From an uncultured Acidobacteriota bacterium (GTDB taxonomy: Bacteria; Acidobacteriota; Vicinamibacteria; Vicinamibacterales; 2-12-FULL-66-21), in NCBI GenBank assembly GCA_963773005.1, contig CAVYZR010000006.1:588805-652804 (forward strand): DNA of 64,000 nucleotides, read 5' to 3'. The notes under the pieces are model-generated. The model saw only the letters and a list, made by a program, of their open reading frames with translations. It made no database searches and was not told the origin of the DNA. A program made the translations under genes and the position numbers. This document shows, piece by piece, positions 47,829-59,490 of this stretch (position 1 is its first letter; the number at the start of each line of letters is the position of its first letter).

Positions 47829-49558
47829 GTCGAGAGTGGCAATCGACATCTGCACCGCTTGTCGCGATCGCGCTGCTGATCACCTGGCCGACGTCGTCGG
47901 CGCTGGGTCAACCGCCCGCGCCGGCTCAACCGCCCGCGGTCGTCGAACCACTCGCGCCTCGGGTCGGCGTCTCAGGCGCCCCGTTGTCGATTACTCTGGC
48001 CGATGCGATCAGGATGACGCTCGAGCAGAACAACGATGTGGCGATCGCGAGGCTCGACATCGACGTCGCGCGCCAGAACGTGCTGGTTCTCGAAGGCGTA
48101 TATGACCCGCGAGTCATCCCGAACTTTGGATACCAGCGGAACGTCAGCGCAAACACGTCGGCGATCGGCGGCGCTACTGAAGGCCGGCTCGAGCGGACCG
48201 AGGTCGATGGCGGCGTTGGCCTGACCGGTCGAACCCCCTGGGGGGGTGGACGCTACACGGTAGACTTCAGCGGGGCGCGCCTCGACACCAGCAACCAGTT
48301 CGCGCGGCTCAACCCTGAGTTTCCATCGGCGCTGACCGGCACGTACGTGCAGCCGCTCTTGCGCGGCCGGACCATCGACCTGGACCGTCGCAACATACTC
48401 GTCGCCCGCCGCGCCGTCGACCTCACTGATGCCCAGCTCAGCCAAGTCGTGATGGACCAGTTGACGCTCGTCGAGGAGGCGTATTGGGATCTCGCCTTTT
48501 CTTCCGGCAACCTCGTCGTCCTGACTGACGCACTCGCGCAGGCGCGCAAACAGGTGGACAGCAACGAGCGGCAGGTGACGCAGGGAACACTCGCGCCAAT
48601 CGACGTCGTCGAAGCGCAGACGCAGGTCTCGAGGTTTCAACAAGCAGTCTTCTCAGGACAGCAGGCGCTGACCGAGGCGGAGAATCGGCTGAAGCGGCTG
48701 ATGTTGACGGACCGGACCTCCAACGTCTGGAATCAGCCGCTGGTGCCGGCTGATCTCACGGACCGCACGCCGCCGCCGCATGCGCTCGATCAGGCCTTGA
48801 CGCTGGCGCTCACCCGGCGGCCAGAGCTCAAGTCCCTCGAGATTCAGCGCGCGCAGAACGAGATCGATCAAGCCTTCTTCAAGAACCAAACCAAGCCGCA
48901 GGTGAATGTGGTCGGCGGCTACACGCTGTCGGGCCTGGCCGGCGATCCACTCTCTGGCACTGTCGAACCACCGGTCGATAGCAACGATCCCGACGCTGCG
49001 CTCCTCGCGCGCTTGAATCAGCTCTCGCTGCTGGCGAACCTCGAACCGCTCGACGCCCCGGCGCCATCGGCCGGGGCCGGCGTCCCCGAGTTCTTCGTCG
49101 GCGGCCTGGGCCAATCGTTCAGCAACCTGTTCGCGCGCCGCTTCCCCACCGTTCTCGTCCAGCTGCAGATGGAATTCCCGATCCGCAACCGAAGCGCCCG
49201 CGCCAACCTCGCCCGTTCAGAGATTGTGGCGACACAGCTCGAGCGCCGGCAGCAGCAGCTCGGCCAGCGGATAGAGGGCGAGGTCCGCGATGCGATGCAG
49301 GCGGTCCGTTCGTTGGAGCAGCGCCTCGAAGCCGCCGCCAACCAGCGCCGCTACGCGCTCGAACAGTACGAAAGCGAGAAGCGCCGATTCGATTCAGGCT
49401 TGAGCACTGTGTTTCTCGTCCTCGATCGCCAGACCTCCTTCGTCACCGCGCAGGCGCTCGAGCTGCGCGCCAGGGCCGATCTCAACCAGGCGATCGCCCA
49501 GCTCGAACGCGCGATCGGCGGGACGCTCGAGTGGCACGGGGTGAAGCTGCAGTCGTAG
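47825..49558 (+). CDS. TolC-family outer membrane efflux protein
   Basis: ATG at 47825 overlaps the pump gene stop (ATGA). Signal peptide. Two repeats of the OEP type (LTLADAIRMTLEQNNDVAIA...). Confidence 0.85.
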   Translation: MSREWQSTSAPLVAIALLITWPTSSALGQPPAPAQPPAVVEPLAPRVGVSGAPLSITLADAIRMTLEQNNDVAIARLDIDVARQNVLVLEGVYDPRVIPNFGYQRNVSANTSAIGGATEGRLERTEVDGGVGLTGRTPWGGGRYTVDFSGARLDTSNQFARLNPEFPSALTGTYVQPLLRGRTIDLDRRNILVARRAVDLTDAQLSQVVMDQLTLVEEAYWDLAFSSGNLVVLTDALAQARKQVDSNERQVTQGTLAPIDVVEAQTQVSRFQQAVFSGQQALTEAENRLKRLMLTDRTSNVWNQPLVPADLTDRTPPPHALDQALTLALTRRPELKSLEIQRAQNEIDQAFFKNQTKPQVNVVGGYTLSGLAGDPLSGTVEPPVDSNDPDAALLARLNQLSLLANLEPLDAPAPSAGAGVPEFFVGGLGQSFSNLFARRFPTVLVQLQMEFPIRNRSARANLARSEIVATQLERRQQQLGQRIEGEVRDAMQAVRSLEQRLEAAANQRRYALEQYESEKRRFDSGLSTVFLVLDRQTSFVTAQALELRARADLNQAIAQLERAIGGTLEWHGVKLQS

Positions 49559-49649
49559 AGGAGAGTGCCAGGGGCCAAGTGCCAAAGGGCCAGAGGCCGC
49601 CCTCCCGCCGCCCAAAGGTTGATGCGCATTACCGTGGTAATATGCGGAC

Positions 49650-49910
49650 ATGGCTCCAGCCCACTCGCGCCTCACTTCACAAGGGCAAATCTCGGTCCCT
49701 GCAAGAATTCGCCGAAAGCTTGGCGTTGGTCCAGGGTCGATCCTTGAGTGGGACGATCAGGGCGAGCAGATCGTTGTTCGCCGGGCCGGCCGCTACAGCT
49801 CGCAAGACGTGCATCGAAGCCTCTTCACGGCCCCGCCAAAGCCACGGAGGCTAAGAGAGCTCAAGGCTGGCGTCCGTCAGCACGTCAGGAACCGACGTGC
49901 GCGCGGTTGA
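49650..49910 (+). CDS. vapB: AbrB/MazE/SpoVT-family antitoxin
   Basis: SQGQISVPARIRRKLGVGPGSILEW swapped-hairpin motif. Overlaps the downstream PIN gene by 14 nt. Confidence 0.8.
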   Translation: MAPAHSRLTSQGQISVPARIRRKLGVGPGSILEWDDQGEQIVVRRAGRYSSQDVHRSLFTAPPKPRRLRELKAGVRQHVRNRRARG

Positions 49911-50277
49911 TACGAACGTGCTTGTCCGGCTCGTCACTCGCGACGACGCCAGGCAGGCGGCTGCCGCGGACGCGTTCATCGCAAGGGGCGCCTGGGTGCC
50001 ACATCTAGTGCTTGCCGAGCTTACATGGGTTCTCAGCTCAGTCTACGATCGAGAGCCTGCAGCGATTGCGACAGCGATTGAGATGCTCTTGAATCACGAA
50101 CACCTGACGCTGCAGGATCCGGACACCGTCGCGGCGGCGGTCGAGCGATTTCGTCAACGGTCCCGATTGGGGTTTTCGGATTGCCTCGTGCTCGAAGTGG
50201 CGCGAAAGGCAGGGCACTTGCCACTCGGCACATTCGACCGAGATCTGGCCTTCCTCGAGGGCGCCGAGCGTTTGTAG
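49897..50277 (+). CDS. vapC: PIN-domain ribonuclease toxin
   Basis: VDTNVLVRL (first acidic residue), LAELTWVL, SDCLVLEVA, TFDRDL. Typical VapC layout. Confidence 0.85.
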   Translation: MRAVDTNVLVRLVTRDDARQAAAADAFIARGAWVPHLVLAELTWVLSSVYDREPAAIATAIEMLLNHEHLTLQDPDTVAAAVERFRQRSRLGFSDCLVLEVARKAGHLPLGTFDRDLAFLEGAERL

Positions 50278-50280
50278 ACC

Positions 50281-50880
50281 ATGACGCCAGGGACGTCGAC
50301 TTCCACCGCAACCCGATGCGGCTGGGCGAGCACGCCGCTCAGCATCGCTTACCACGACGATGAGTGGGGCCGGCCGGTGCACGACGACCGCGTGCTCTTC
50401 GAGTTCATCACCCTCGAAGGCGCACAGGCTGGCCTCAGCTGGGAGACGATTCTCAAGAAACGCGAAGCGTATCGCAAGGCCTTCGCCAACTTCGATCCGG
50501 CAAAGGTTGGCCGCTTCACGGCCGCGCGCGTCGAACGTCTGCTGCAGAATCCTGGCATCGTCCGCAACCGCCTGAAGATTGAAAGCACGGTGACAAACGC
50601 CAAGGCGTTTCTGGCGGTTCAGAAGGAGTTCGGGAGCTTCGATGCCTACGTCTGGCGGTTCGTCAACGGCTCACCGCTGACGAATCGCCGCAGAACCATG
50701 AAGGATCTCCCCGCGCGCACGCCTGAGTCGGACGCGCTCAGCCGCGACCTCTCAAAGCGTGGTTTCAGGTTCGTGGGATCGACGATCTGCTACGCGTTCA
50801 TGCAGGCCGTCGGCATGGTCGACGACCACGTCGATGGCTGTTTCCGGAACATGAAGACGAGGCCGGCGTCGAAGGTCTAG
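50281..50880 (+). CDS. tag: DNA-3-methyladenine glycosylase I
   Basis: RCGWAS...YHDDEWGRPVHDDRVLFEFITLEGAQAGLSWETILKKREAYR. Confidence 0.9.
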   Translation: MTPGTSTSTATRCGWASTPLSIAYHDDEWGRPVHDDRVLFEFITLEGAQAGLSWETILKKREAYRKAFANFDPAKVGRFTAARVERLLQNPGIVRNRLKIESTVTNAKAFLAVQKEFGSFDAYVWRFVNGSPLTNRRRTMKDLPARTPESDALSRDLSKRGFRFVGSTICYAFMQAVGMVDDHVDGCFRNMKTRPASKV

Positions 50881-51713
50881 GCCGCGAACACGATCGGCAC
50901 ACGCTGAGGGATCAGGCCCTTCTCGAACGCATCGCCCATCAGCCGCTCGAGCCCGCGACGGCCGCGCTCGCCGTACGAGAGCGTCAGGTCGTTGACGTAC
51001 ATCCCGACGAAGCGATCGGTCTTGGCGCGGTCAAGGCCGCGGCCGAACTGCAGCGCATACTCGACCGCGGCTTCGCGGTTCGAGAGCGCGTGCGCGATGC
51101 TGTCGTGCAGCATCTTTGACACTTTTGCGATCATCTCTGGACCCAGATCGCGCCGGATGATGTTGCCGCCAAGCGGCAGCGGCAGGCCGGTAGTTCGCTC
51201 GGCCCACCACTCGCCGAGATCGACAATCTTCTGAAGGCCCTCGTCCTGGTAAGTCAGCTGGCCCTCGTGGATGAGGAGCCCCGCCTCGGCCTGGCCATCG
51301 AGGACGGCCTGCTGAATCTGGTCAAACGGCACGACGACATATTCGAAATCAGGCTCGTAGAGCCGCAGCGTGAGATACGCCGTCGTGAGCGTCCCAGGAA
51401 TCGCGATGCGGCGACCTTTCACTGCCGTCGGTCCGCCGCTTTTCGCGACGACGATCGGGCCGTAGTTGTCGCCCATACTGGCGCCGTGCGGCAGCAACGC
51501 GTACTTGTCGGCGAGGTGCGCGTAGGCGTGAAACGACACGGCCGTGACCTCGTACTTGCCGTCGAAAGCGGCGCGATTCAGCGTCTCGATATCGGCGAGC
51601 ACCTGATCGACGACGAGCCCGCCGGTGTCGACGGCGCCGCTCGCGAGGCCGAAGAACATGAAGGCATCGTCGGAATCCGGGCTGTGGGCGACGGTGATTC
51701 TGTTTATGGGCAT
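50877..51713 (-). CDS. MqnA/MqnD-family menaquinone (futalosine pathway) protein
   Basis: ITVAHSPDSDDAFMFFGL...DIETLNRAA...VTAVSFHAY. Confidence 0.75.
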   Translation of the reverse strand: MPINRITVAHSPDSDDAFMFFGLASGAVDTGGLVVDQVLADIETLNRAAFDGKYEVTAVSFHAYAHLADKYALLPHGASMGDNYGPIVVAKSGGPTAVKGRRIAIPGTLTTAYLTLRLYEPDFEYVVVPFDQIQQAVLDGQAEAGLLIHEGQLTYQDEGLQKIVDLGEWWAERTTGLPLPLGGNIIRRDLGPEMIAKVSKMLHDSIAHALSNREAAVEYALQFGRGLDRAKTDRFVGMYVNDLTLSYGERGRRGLERLMGDAFEKGLIPQRVPIVFAA

Positions 51714-51724
51714 ATAGCTGTAAC

Positions 51725-51842
51725 GGCTCAGGGCTCAGGGCTCAGGGCTCAGGGCTCAGGGCTCAGGGCTCAGGGCTCAGGGAAAACGTTAGACCACTTA
51801 CTCGAAGATCTTGCCTGAGCCTTGAGCCCTAAGCCCTGAGCC
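51725..51842. repeat. GGCTCAG heptamer-armed hairpin
   Basis: (GGCTCAG)x8 at 51725-51781. Loop GAAAACGTTAGACCACTTACTCGAAGATCTTGC. Right arm CTGAGCCTTGAGCCCTAAGCCCTGAGCC. Confidence 0.9.
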
Positions 51843-51851
51843 AACCAGAAC

Positions 51852-53016
51852 TCAACGCACAGCCATCGCGCGTCGCAGGCTCTTGACGACGGTCGTGACC
51901 CGATCGATCGCGAAATCGATGTCGGCGTCGGAAGTGGAACGGCCGAGGCCGAACCTGATCGACGCGCCGGCCTGATCGCCGACGGCGCCGATGGACTGGA
52001 GGACGTGCGACGGCGCCTGACTGCCGGAACTGCACGCGGATCCTGTCGACACCGCGAGATCGCCAAGCGCCATCAGCAGCGATTCGCCCTCGATCTTGTC
52101 GAAACTGACGTGCAGGTTATGTGGCAGACGATGCTCGAGCGAGCCATTGACGCGAACGTCGTCGAGTTGGTGGCGCAGCCCGTCGAGCAGCCGATCGCGT
52201 AACGCGGCCAACCGCGCCGACTCGGTGGCCATCTCGGACCTGCAGATCGCCGCGGCGCGACCGAGCCCGACGATACCTGGAACGTTGAGCGTGCCCGAAC
52301 GCAGCCCGTGCTCGTGGCCACCGCCGTCAATCTGGCAGGTGAGCTGGATCCGTGGCTTCTTGCGCCGGATGTAGAGCCCGCCGGCGCCCTTCGGGCCGTA
52401 GGTACTTGTGCCCGGTCAGGGAGAGCAGGTCAATCCCCATCGCGTTGACGTCGAGCGGCACCTTGCCAGCCGCCTGCGCCGCATCGGTATGGAGTAACGC
52501 ACCGGCCGCGCCGGTGATCGCGCCGATCTCGGCGAGCGGCTGGAGGACGCCAATCTCGTTGTTGGCGGCCATGACCGAGACGAGCACGGTCTGGTCCGTC
52601 ATCGCCGCCCGCAGCTCGTCGAGACGGACGAAGCCGTCGCGGTCAACGCCCAGCCAGGTGACGCGCCAACCCTCGCGTTCGAGTCTCTTGAACGAATCGA
52701 GCACGGACTTGTGCTCGGTCACGACAGTGATGACGTGATTGCCGCGCTCACGGCAGGCATACGCCGCGCCTTTGATCGCGAGATTGTTCGACTCGGTGGC
52801 ACCGCTCGTGAAAACGACCTCGCCCGCCGTCGCGCCGATGAGCGACGCGACTTCCCCCCGGGCGCGGCTGACCGCCTCGTCGGCGTGCCACCCGAACGCG
52901 TGCTGGCGGCTCGCGGGATTCCCGAACTCCTCGGTGAAGTACGGCAGCATCGCCTCGAGGACGCGCGGATCGACCGGTGTGGTGGCGTGATAGTCGAGAT
53001 AAACGGGCTTCGGCAA
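51852..53016 (-). pseudogene. iscS: IscS/NifS-type cysteine desulfurase with single-base frameshift
   Basis: N-terminal 229 codons run up to the PLP-lysine region (SLTGHKY). After an extra base near 52399-52405 the other frame reads YGPKGAGGLYIRRKKPRIQLTCQIDGGGHEHGLRSGTLNVP...STGSACSS... to the stop at 51852. TTG start at 53016. Confidence 0.8.
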
Positions 53017-53025
53017 AAGTCTTAA

Positions 53026-53143
53026 CCGGGGGACTTCGTCCCCCGGACCCCCTTACACGCTCGCTCGCGGGGACCCCGACGCCCCGCTCCGCTCGCGTGG
53101 CTCTCTCGCTCCGCTCGTTCGCGACATTAGTGAGATGGCTTCT
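53026..53143 (+). repeat. R1 element copy 4
   Basis: 53026-53103 is identical to 6569-6646. The following 40 nt are about 80 percent similar by eye. It fills the spacer between iscS and the Rrf2 gene. Confidence 0.85.
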
Positions 53144-53605
53144 CTAGAGCTTCTTCGTGAACGCCATCGGCGCCGACAATCCCGCCATCGGCATCTCCGG
53201 CACTTCCGACGAGATCTCCTGCAGCGAGCAGGTCGCGAGCGCCGAAACAATTCGCTCGCGGATGCGCCAGAGCGGATCGCGGACGCTGCACTTGGCGTAC
53301 TGGTCGCAGTTTTCTGCCTCGGTCGAGCAGGCCGTGACCGTCAGCGGTCCGTCGATGGCCTGAATGATGTCGGCAACGGAAATGACCGACGCCGCCCGGG
53401 CGAGGCGATAGCCGCCGCGCGTTCCCTGGTGCGACGACACCAGCCCGCGGCGGGCGAGCCGCTGCAGCACTTTGGCCATCAACTCGATCGGAATGTCGTA
53501 TTGCTCGGCGATTTCGCGAGCGCTCGCCGATAACGCATCCGATCGAATCGCGAGATGCTTCATCGCGATGAGCGCGTAGTCAGCTTTTTTTGACAGGCGG
53601 AGCAT
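53144..53605 (-). CDS. Rrf2-family transcriptional regulator (IscR/SufR-like)
   Basis: MLRLSKKADYALIAMKHLA...SAREIAEQYDIPIELMAKVLQRLARRGLVSSHQGTRGGYRLA, with Cys residues (CSTEAENCDQYAKC). The track ORF over-extends to 53731. Confidence 0.85.
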   Translation of the reverse strand: MLRLSKKADYALIAMKHLAIRSDALSASAREIAEQYDIPIELMAKVLQRLARRGLVSSHQGTRGGYRLARAASVISVADIIQAIDGPLTVTACSTEAENCDQYAKCSVRDPLWRIRERIVSALATCSLQEISSEVPEMPMAGLSAPMAFTKKL

Positions 53606-53609
53606 GTGA

Positions 53610-54041
53610 TCACCACAATCCCAACTGCAGTTTTGCCGCCTCGGACATTCGATCCTTCGTCCAACCCGGCTCCCATACCACTTCGACCTTCGCGTCGGCG
53701 ACGCCGGGCACCTTGCGGACCTTCTCGGCAACTTCTACTGGCAGCGACTGCGCTGCCGGACATCCCGGGGCCGTGAGCGTCATCCGAACACCGGCGATAC
53801 CGGCCGCGTCGACAACGATCTCGTAGATCAGCCCCAGCTCCCAGATGTTGACCGGGATCTCTGGATCGTACACCGTCGAAATCGCCTCGACAATGGCCGG
53901 CTTGAGCGCATCGGTGCGCGCCGGATCCGGCACCACGGTCGACACATCGTCGGCTCCGGGAGCCGGGCGTGAACCTTCCGACGTGGTTTCGGCGGCGTCG
54001 ACGGTTTCGGAGGCCGGCGGCACGAGCGGGATCGTCTTCAT
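53610..54041 (-). CDS. sufT: DUF59/MIP18-family Fe-S assembly protein (SufT-like)
   Basis: VYDPEIPVNIWELGLIY...MTLTAPGCPAAQ. Confidence 0.8.
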   Translation of the reverse strand: MKTIPLVPPASETVDAAETTSEGSRPAPGADDVSTVVPDPARTDALKPAIVEAISTVYDPEIPVNIWELGLIYEIVVDAAGIAGVRMTLTAPGCPAAQSLPVEVAEKVRKVPGVADAKVEVVWEPGWTKDRMSEAAKLQLGLW

Positions 54042-54497
54042 TCAGTCGTCGCCTTCTTCGGTCGTCGCCTTTGGGGCCCGGTTGAGAGCCGCCTTGAGTG
54101 TGTGCCACGGCAGGCTGGCGCACTTCACGCGCACGGGGAATTGGCGCACGCCGGCCAGCGCCGACAGCTTGCCGAGGTCCTCGACCGGAACGTCCGGCGG
54201 CGTCGTCACCATCCGGTGGAACCGTTCGAAGAGCGAGCACGCGTCGGCAACCAGACACCCTTTGAGGCAGTCAGTCATGAGCGACGCCGAGGCCTTGGAG
54301 ATCGCACAGCCTGATCCCTGGAAGCCGACGTCCCTGATCACGCCGCTGTCGACGGTCAGGAAGAGCTCGAGCCGGTCGCCGCAAAGCGGATTGAAGCCTT
54401 CCGCCTGGTGCGTGGCCGCGTCGAGCACGCGGAAATTCCTCGGCCGCCGGTTGTGGTCGAGGATGACTTCCTGGTAGAGGTCGGAAAGGTCGGACAT
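54042..54497 (-). CDS. sufU: SUF-type Fe-S cluster scaffold (SufU/NifU-like)
   Basis: LYQEVILDHNRRPRN...NPLCGD...GSGCAISKASASLM...C-terminal Cys. Confidence 0.85.
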   Translation of the reverse strand: MSDLSDLYQEVILDHNRRPRNFRVLDAATHQAEGFNPLCGDRLELFLTVDSGVIRDVGFQGSGCAISKASASLMTDCLKGCLVADACSLFERFHRMVTTPPDVPVEDLGKLSALAGVRQFPVRVKCASLPWHTLKAALNRAPKATTEEGDD

Positions 54498-54514
54498 ATC
54501 GTCAGCTTCCAGCT

Positions 54515-55768
54515 TCAGTGAAACATCTCTCGCACGCGCCCGAGCGCTCGCACCAGCGTATCGATGTCGTCGCGCGTGCTGTACATCGCGAGCGACGCGC
54601 GCGCGGTCGCCGGAACGCCAAACCGCTCCATCACCGGCTGCGCGCAGTGGTGCCCCGTCCGCACCGCGACGCCCTCGCGATCGACGATGGTGCCAATGTC
54701 GTGCGCATGGACTCCGTCGAGCACGAACGACAGGATGCTCGCCTTGCGGCGCGCCGTGCCGATCAGCCGCAGGCCGTCGACGCCGGCGAGGGCTTCAGTG
54801 CCATACGCAAGCAGGGCCTGCTCGTGCTCGGCGATCCGGGTCAACCCGATCGACTGGATGTACTCGACGGCGACGCCGAGCGCGATCGCTCCGGAGATGT
54901 CCGGCGTGCCCGCCTCGAACTTGTGCGGCAGTGCGTTCCAGGTCGACTTCTCGAACGTGACCGAGCGAATCATGTCCCCGCCGCCGAGAAACGGCGGCAT
55001 CGATTCGAGATGCTCTTCCTTCCCGTAGAGGATGCCGATTCCCGTCGGCCCGTAAAGCTTGTGTCCGGTCGCCGCGTAGAAATCGCAATCGAGCGCCTGG
55101 ACGTCGACCGGCAGGTGGTAGGCGGCCTGCGATCCGTCGAGGAGGACCGGCACGCCATGCCCGTGCGCGATGCGGATCAGGTCCTCCACGGGATTAATCG
55201 TGCCGAGCGCGTTCGACATGTGCGTCACCGCGACGAGCTTCGTCCGCTCGCCAATCAGCGCTTCGAACTCGTCGAGCATCAACTCGCCGCGATCGTCGAT
55301 CGGCGCGACCCGCAGCCGCGCGCCGCGCGCCTCGCACAGGAGCTGCCACGGCACGATGTTCGAATGGTGCTCCATCGCCGAGATCAGCACCTCGTCACCG
55401 GCGCCGACGCGAGTCCGCCCGAACGCCTGGGCGACCAGGTTGATGCTCTCGGTCGCGTTGCGCGTGAAGACAATCTGGCGCGGGTGCGGCGCGTTGAAGA
55501 ACGCAGCGACCGTGCGGCGGGCACCTTCAAAGGCCTCGCTCGCGATCTCGCTGAGCTCGTGCACGCCGCGGTGCACGTTGGCGTTGTACTCGGTGTAGTA
55601 CCGCGTGATCGCGTCGATCACGACCTGTGGTTTCTGCGTCGTCGCCGCGTTGTCGAGGTAGACGAGCGGCCGGCCGCGCGACTGCCGGCGCAGAATCGGA
55701 AAGTCCGCCCGCACCCGCGCGACGTCCAGCACTGGAAGGTCGCGCGTGTGTGCGGCGACCGGCGTCAT
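54515..55768 (-). CDS. sufS: cysteine desulfurase, SufS subfamily
   Basis: Start at MTPVAAH (55768) overlaps the sufD stop (ATGA). VYLDNAATTQKP, ATGHKLYGPTGIG, RTGHHCAQP. Confidence 0.9.
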   Translation of the reverse strand: MTPVAAHTRDLPVLDVARVRADFPILRRQSRGRPLVYLDNAATTQKPQVVIDAITRYYTEYNANVHRGVHELSEIASEAFEGARRTVAAFFNAPHPRQIVFTRNATESINLVAQAFGRTRVGAGDEVLISAMEHHSNIVPWQLLCEARGARLRVAPIDDRGELMLDEFEALIGERTKLVAVTHMSNALGTINPVEDLIRIAHGHGVPVLLDGSQAAYHLPVDVQALDCDFYAATGHKLYGPTGIGILYGKEEHLESMPPFLGGGDMIRSVTFEKSTWNALPHKFEAGTPDISGAIALGVAVEYIQSIGLTRIAEHEQALLAYGTEALAGVDGLRLIGTARRKASILSFVLDGVHAHDIGTIVDREGVAVRTGHHCAQPVMERFGVPATARASLAMYSTRDDIDTLVRALGRVREMFH

Positions 55769-57090
55769 GCCGCGTCGACCTCCGCGAGATCCCGGGCCAG
55801 CTGCGCGTAGAGCTCGTCTTCGAGCGCCGTCCGCAGTGGCTCGATTTTGACGCGCTCGAGGATCTCGCCGGCAAACGCGTGGATGAGCATGTCGCGGGCC
55901 TCGAGATAGGTCAGCCCGCGGGCGCGGAGGTAAAAAATCGCGTCGTCGTCGAGCTGGCCAATCGCCGCGCCGTGCGTGCACTTCACGTCGTCGGCAAAGA
56001 TCTCCAGCTGCGGCTTCGTGTTGATGGTGGCGTGATCCGACAGCAGCAACGCGCGGTTGGTCTGCTTGGCGTCGGTCTTCTGGGCGTCAATCCGGACGAT
56101 GATCTTGCCGTTGAACACCGCGCGAGCGCGGCCGCCGAGGATGCCCTTGTAAACCTCGTGGCTCGGGCAATGCGCCTTGGCGTGATCGATCGTTGTATGT
56201 GTATCGACCAGGCGCTCGCCGTCAGCCAGATAGAGCCCGTTGAGGGTGCACTCCGCGCCCTCGCCGTCGAGCACCGCCACGATGTCGTTTCTGACGATGC
56301 GGCCGCCGAGCGTGAAGGCGTGGGTCGAGACGTTGCTGCTCCTGGACGCATGAATCTGCATGCTCGCCATGTGGAACGCGTCGACGCTCTCCTCCTCGAC
56401 CTTGTAGTGATCGAGCACGGAGTGCTCGCCGGCGACGACCTCGGTGACGGCGTTCGTGAAATGCTTCTGCCCCGGCGCGCTGACATAGGTCTCGACGACC
56501 TGCGCCTGGCTGTGATCGCCGGTAACGATGAGCGTCCGGGGGTGCGACATCGTTGCAACTGCACCCTCGCTCGTCGACACGAACAGAATCTGGAGCGGCT
56601 GCTCGAACACGAGGCCGTCTGGCACGTAGACGTAGGCGCCGTCGTGCGTGAAGGCGGTGTTGAGCGCGGTGAACGCGCGCACGTTCGGGTCGGCGAGCTG
56701 ACCGAGATAGCGGCCGACGATGTCGGCCTGGTCAGTGACGGCAGACGCCAGCGAGCCGAACTTCAGGCCCGGCGGAAGGCCTGCCGTCCGCGACAGTTCT
56801 GGCGAGAACCGCCCGTTGACGATGACCAGGCGGAACGGCGCGTCCGCATAGAGAAACGTGTCGAGGACGCCGGCATCCAGCTTCGACGAGGGCGCGAGCC
56901 TGAACTCGGTGGACGCGATCGGCGAGACGTTGGTGAAACGCCACTCTTCGTCACGCACCGACGGGAACCCCAGCTCGACAAACCGTGACGCCGCGTGATC
57001 ACGCAGATCCTGGAGCCAGCGCGAACCGCCGCGCGGACGCTCCTCGAGCGCCGCCAGCCAGGGTTGAAGCTTCTCTGCTACCTGTGCCAT
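55765..57090 (-). CDS. sufD: Fe-S cluster assembly protein SufD
   Basis: 441 aa. ...DDVKCTHGAAIGQLDDDAIFYLRARGL... typical of SufD. Located between sufC and sufS. Confidence 0.85.
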   Translation of the reverse strand: MAQVAEKLQPWLAALEERPRGGSRWLQDLRDHAASRFVELGFPSVRDEEWRFTNVSPIASTEFRLAPSSKLDAGVLDTFLYADAPFRLVIVNGRFSPELSRTAGLPPGLKFGSLASAVTDQADIVGRYLGQLADPNVRAFTALNTAFTHDGAYVYVPDGLVFEQPLQILFVSTSEGAVATMSHPRTLIVTGDHSQAQVVETYVSAPGQKHFTNAVTEVVAGEHSVLDHYKVEEESVDAFHMASMQIHASRSSNVSTHAFTLGGRIVRNDIVAVLDGEGAECTLNGLYLADGERLVDTHTTIDHAKAHCPSHEVYKGILGGRARAVFNGKIIVRIDAQKTDAKQTNRALLLSDHATINTKPQLEIFADDVKCTHGAAIGQLDDDAIFYLRARGLTYLEARDMLIHAFAGEILERVKIEPLRTALEDELYAQLARDLAEVDAA

Positions 57091-57108
57091 GTGTATCTAT
57101 GTCCAAAT

Positions 57109-57180
57109 CGGGGACTTCGTCCCCGGACCCCTTTCGGCGTCGCTCGCGTGGGCCCTTCGCCCCGCTCCGCTCCGCCGGGG
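57109..57180 (+). repeat. R1 element copy 5 (degenerate)
   Basis: CGGGGACTTCGTCCCCGGACCCCTTTCGGCGTCGCTCGCGTGGGCCCTTCGCCCCGCTCCGCTCCGCC, in the sufC-sufD spacer. Confidence 0.6.
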
Positions 57181-57202
57181 CGCGCCTCCGGCGCGCCGCA
57201 TG

Positions 57203-57961
<759 letters not shown>

Positions 57962-57963
57962 AT

Positions 57964-59409
<1,446 letters not shown>

Positions 59410-59410
59410 T

Positions 59411-59490
59411 GGAAGCTTCCGGCTTCCAGCTTCCGGCTTTCAGCTAGATTCCAGTGTTCTTACTGGAAGCTGGAAGCGGGAAGCTGGCAG
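59411..59490. repeat. TCCRGCT/CAGCTKC-type heptamer-armed hairpin
   Basis: GGAAGCTTCCGGCTTCCAGCTTCCGGCTTTCAGCTA, 17-nt loop, then TGGAAGCTGGAAGCGGGAAGCTGGCAGC. It fills the sufA-sufB spacer exactly. Confidence 0.85.

Noticed and set aside
51725-51781. Tandem heptamer arrays considered as CRISPR arrays.
   Set aside because: The repeat unit is only 7 nt with no spacers. The arrays are paired as inverted arms. No cas genes occur in the window.
52396-52405. Programmed +1 ribosomal frameshifting in iscS (and similarly in moeZ at 60471-60476).
   Set aside because: There is no in-frame stop or rare codon at the shift site, no upstream Shine-Dalgarno-like stimulator of the prfB type, and no slippery run. 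Indel error or mutation is the simpler explanation.
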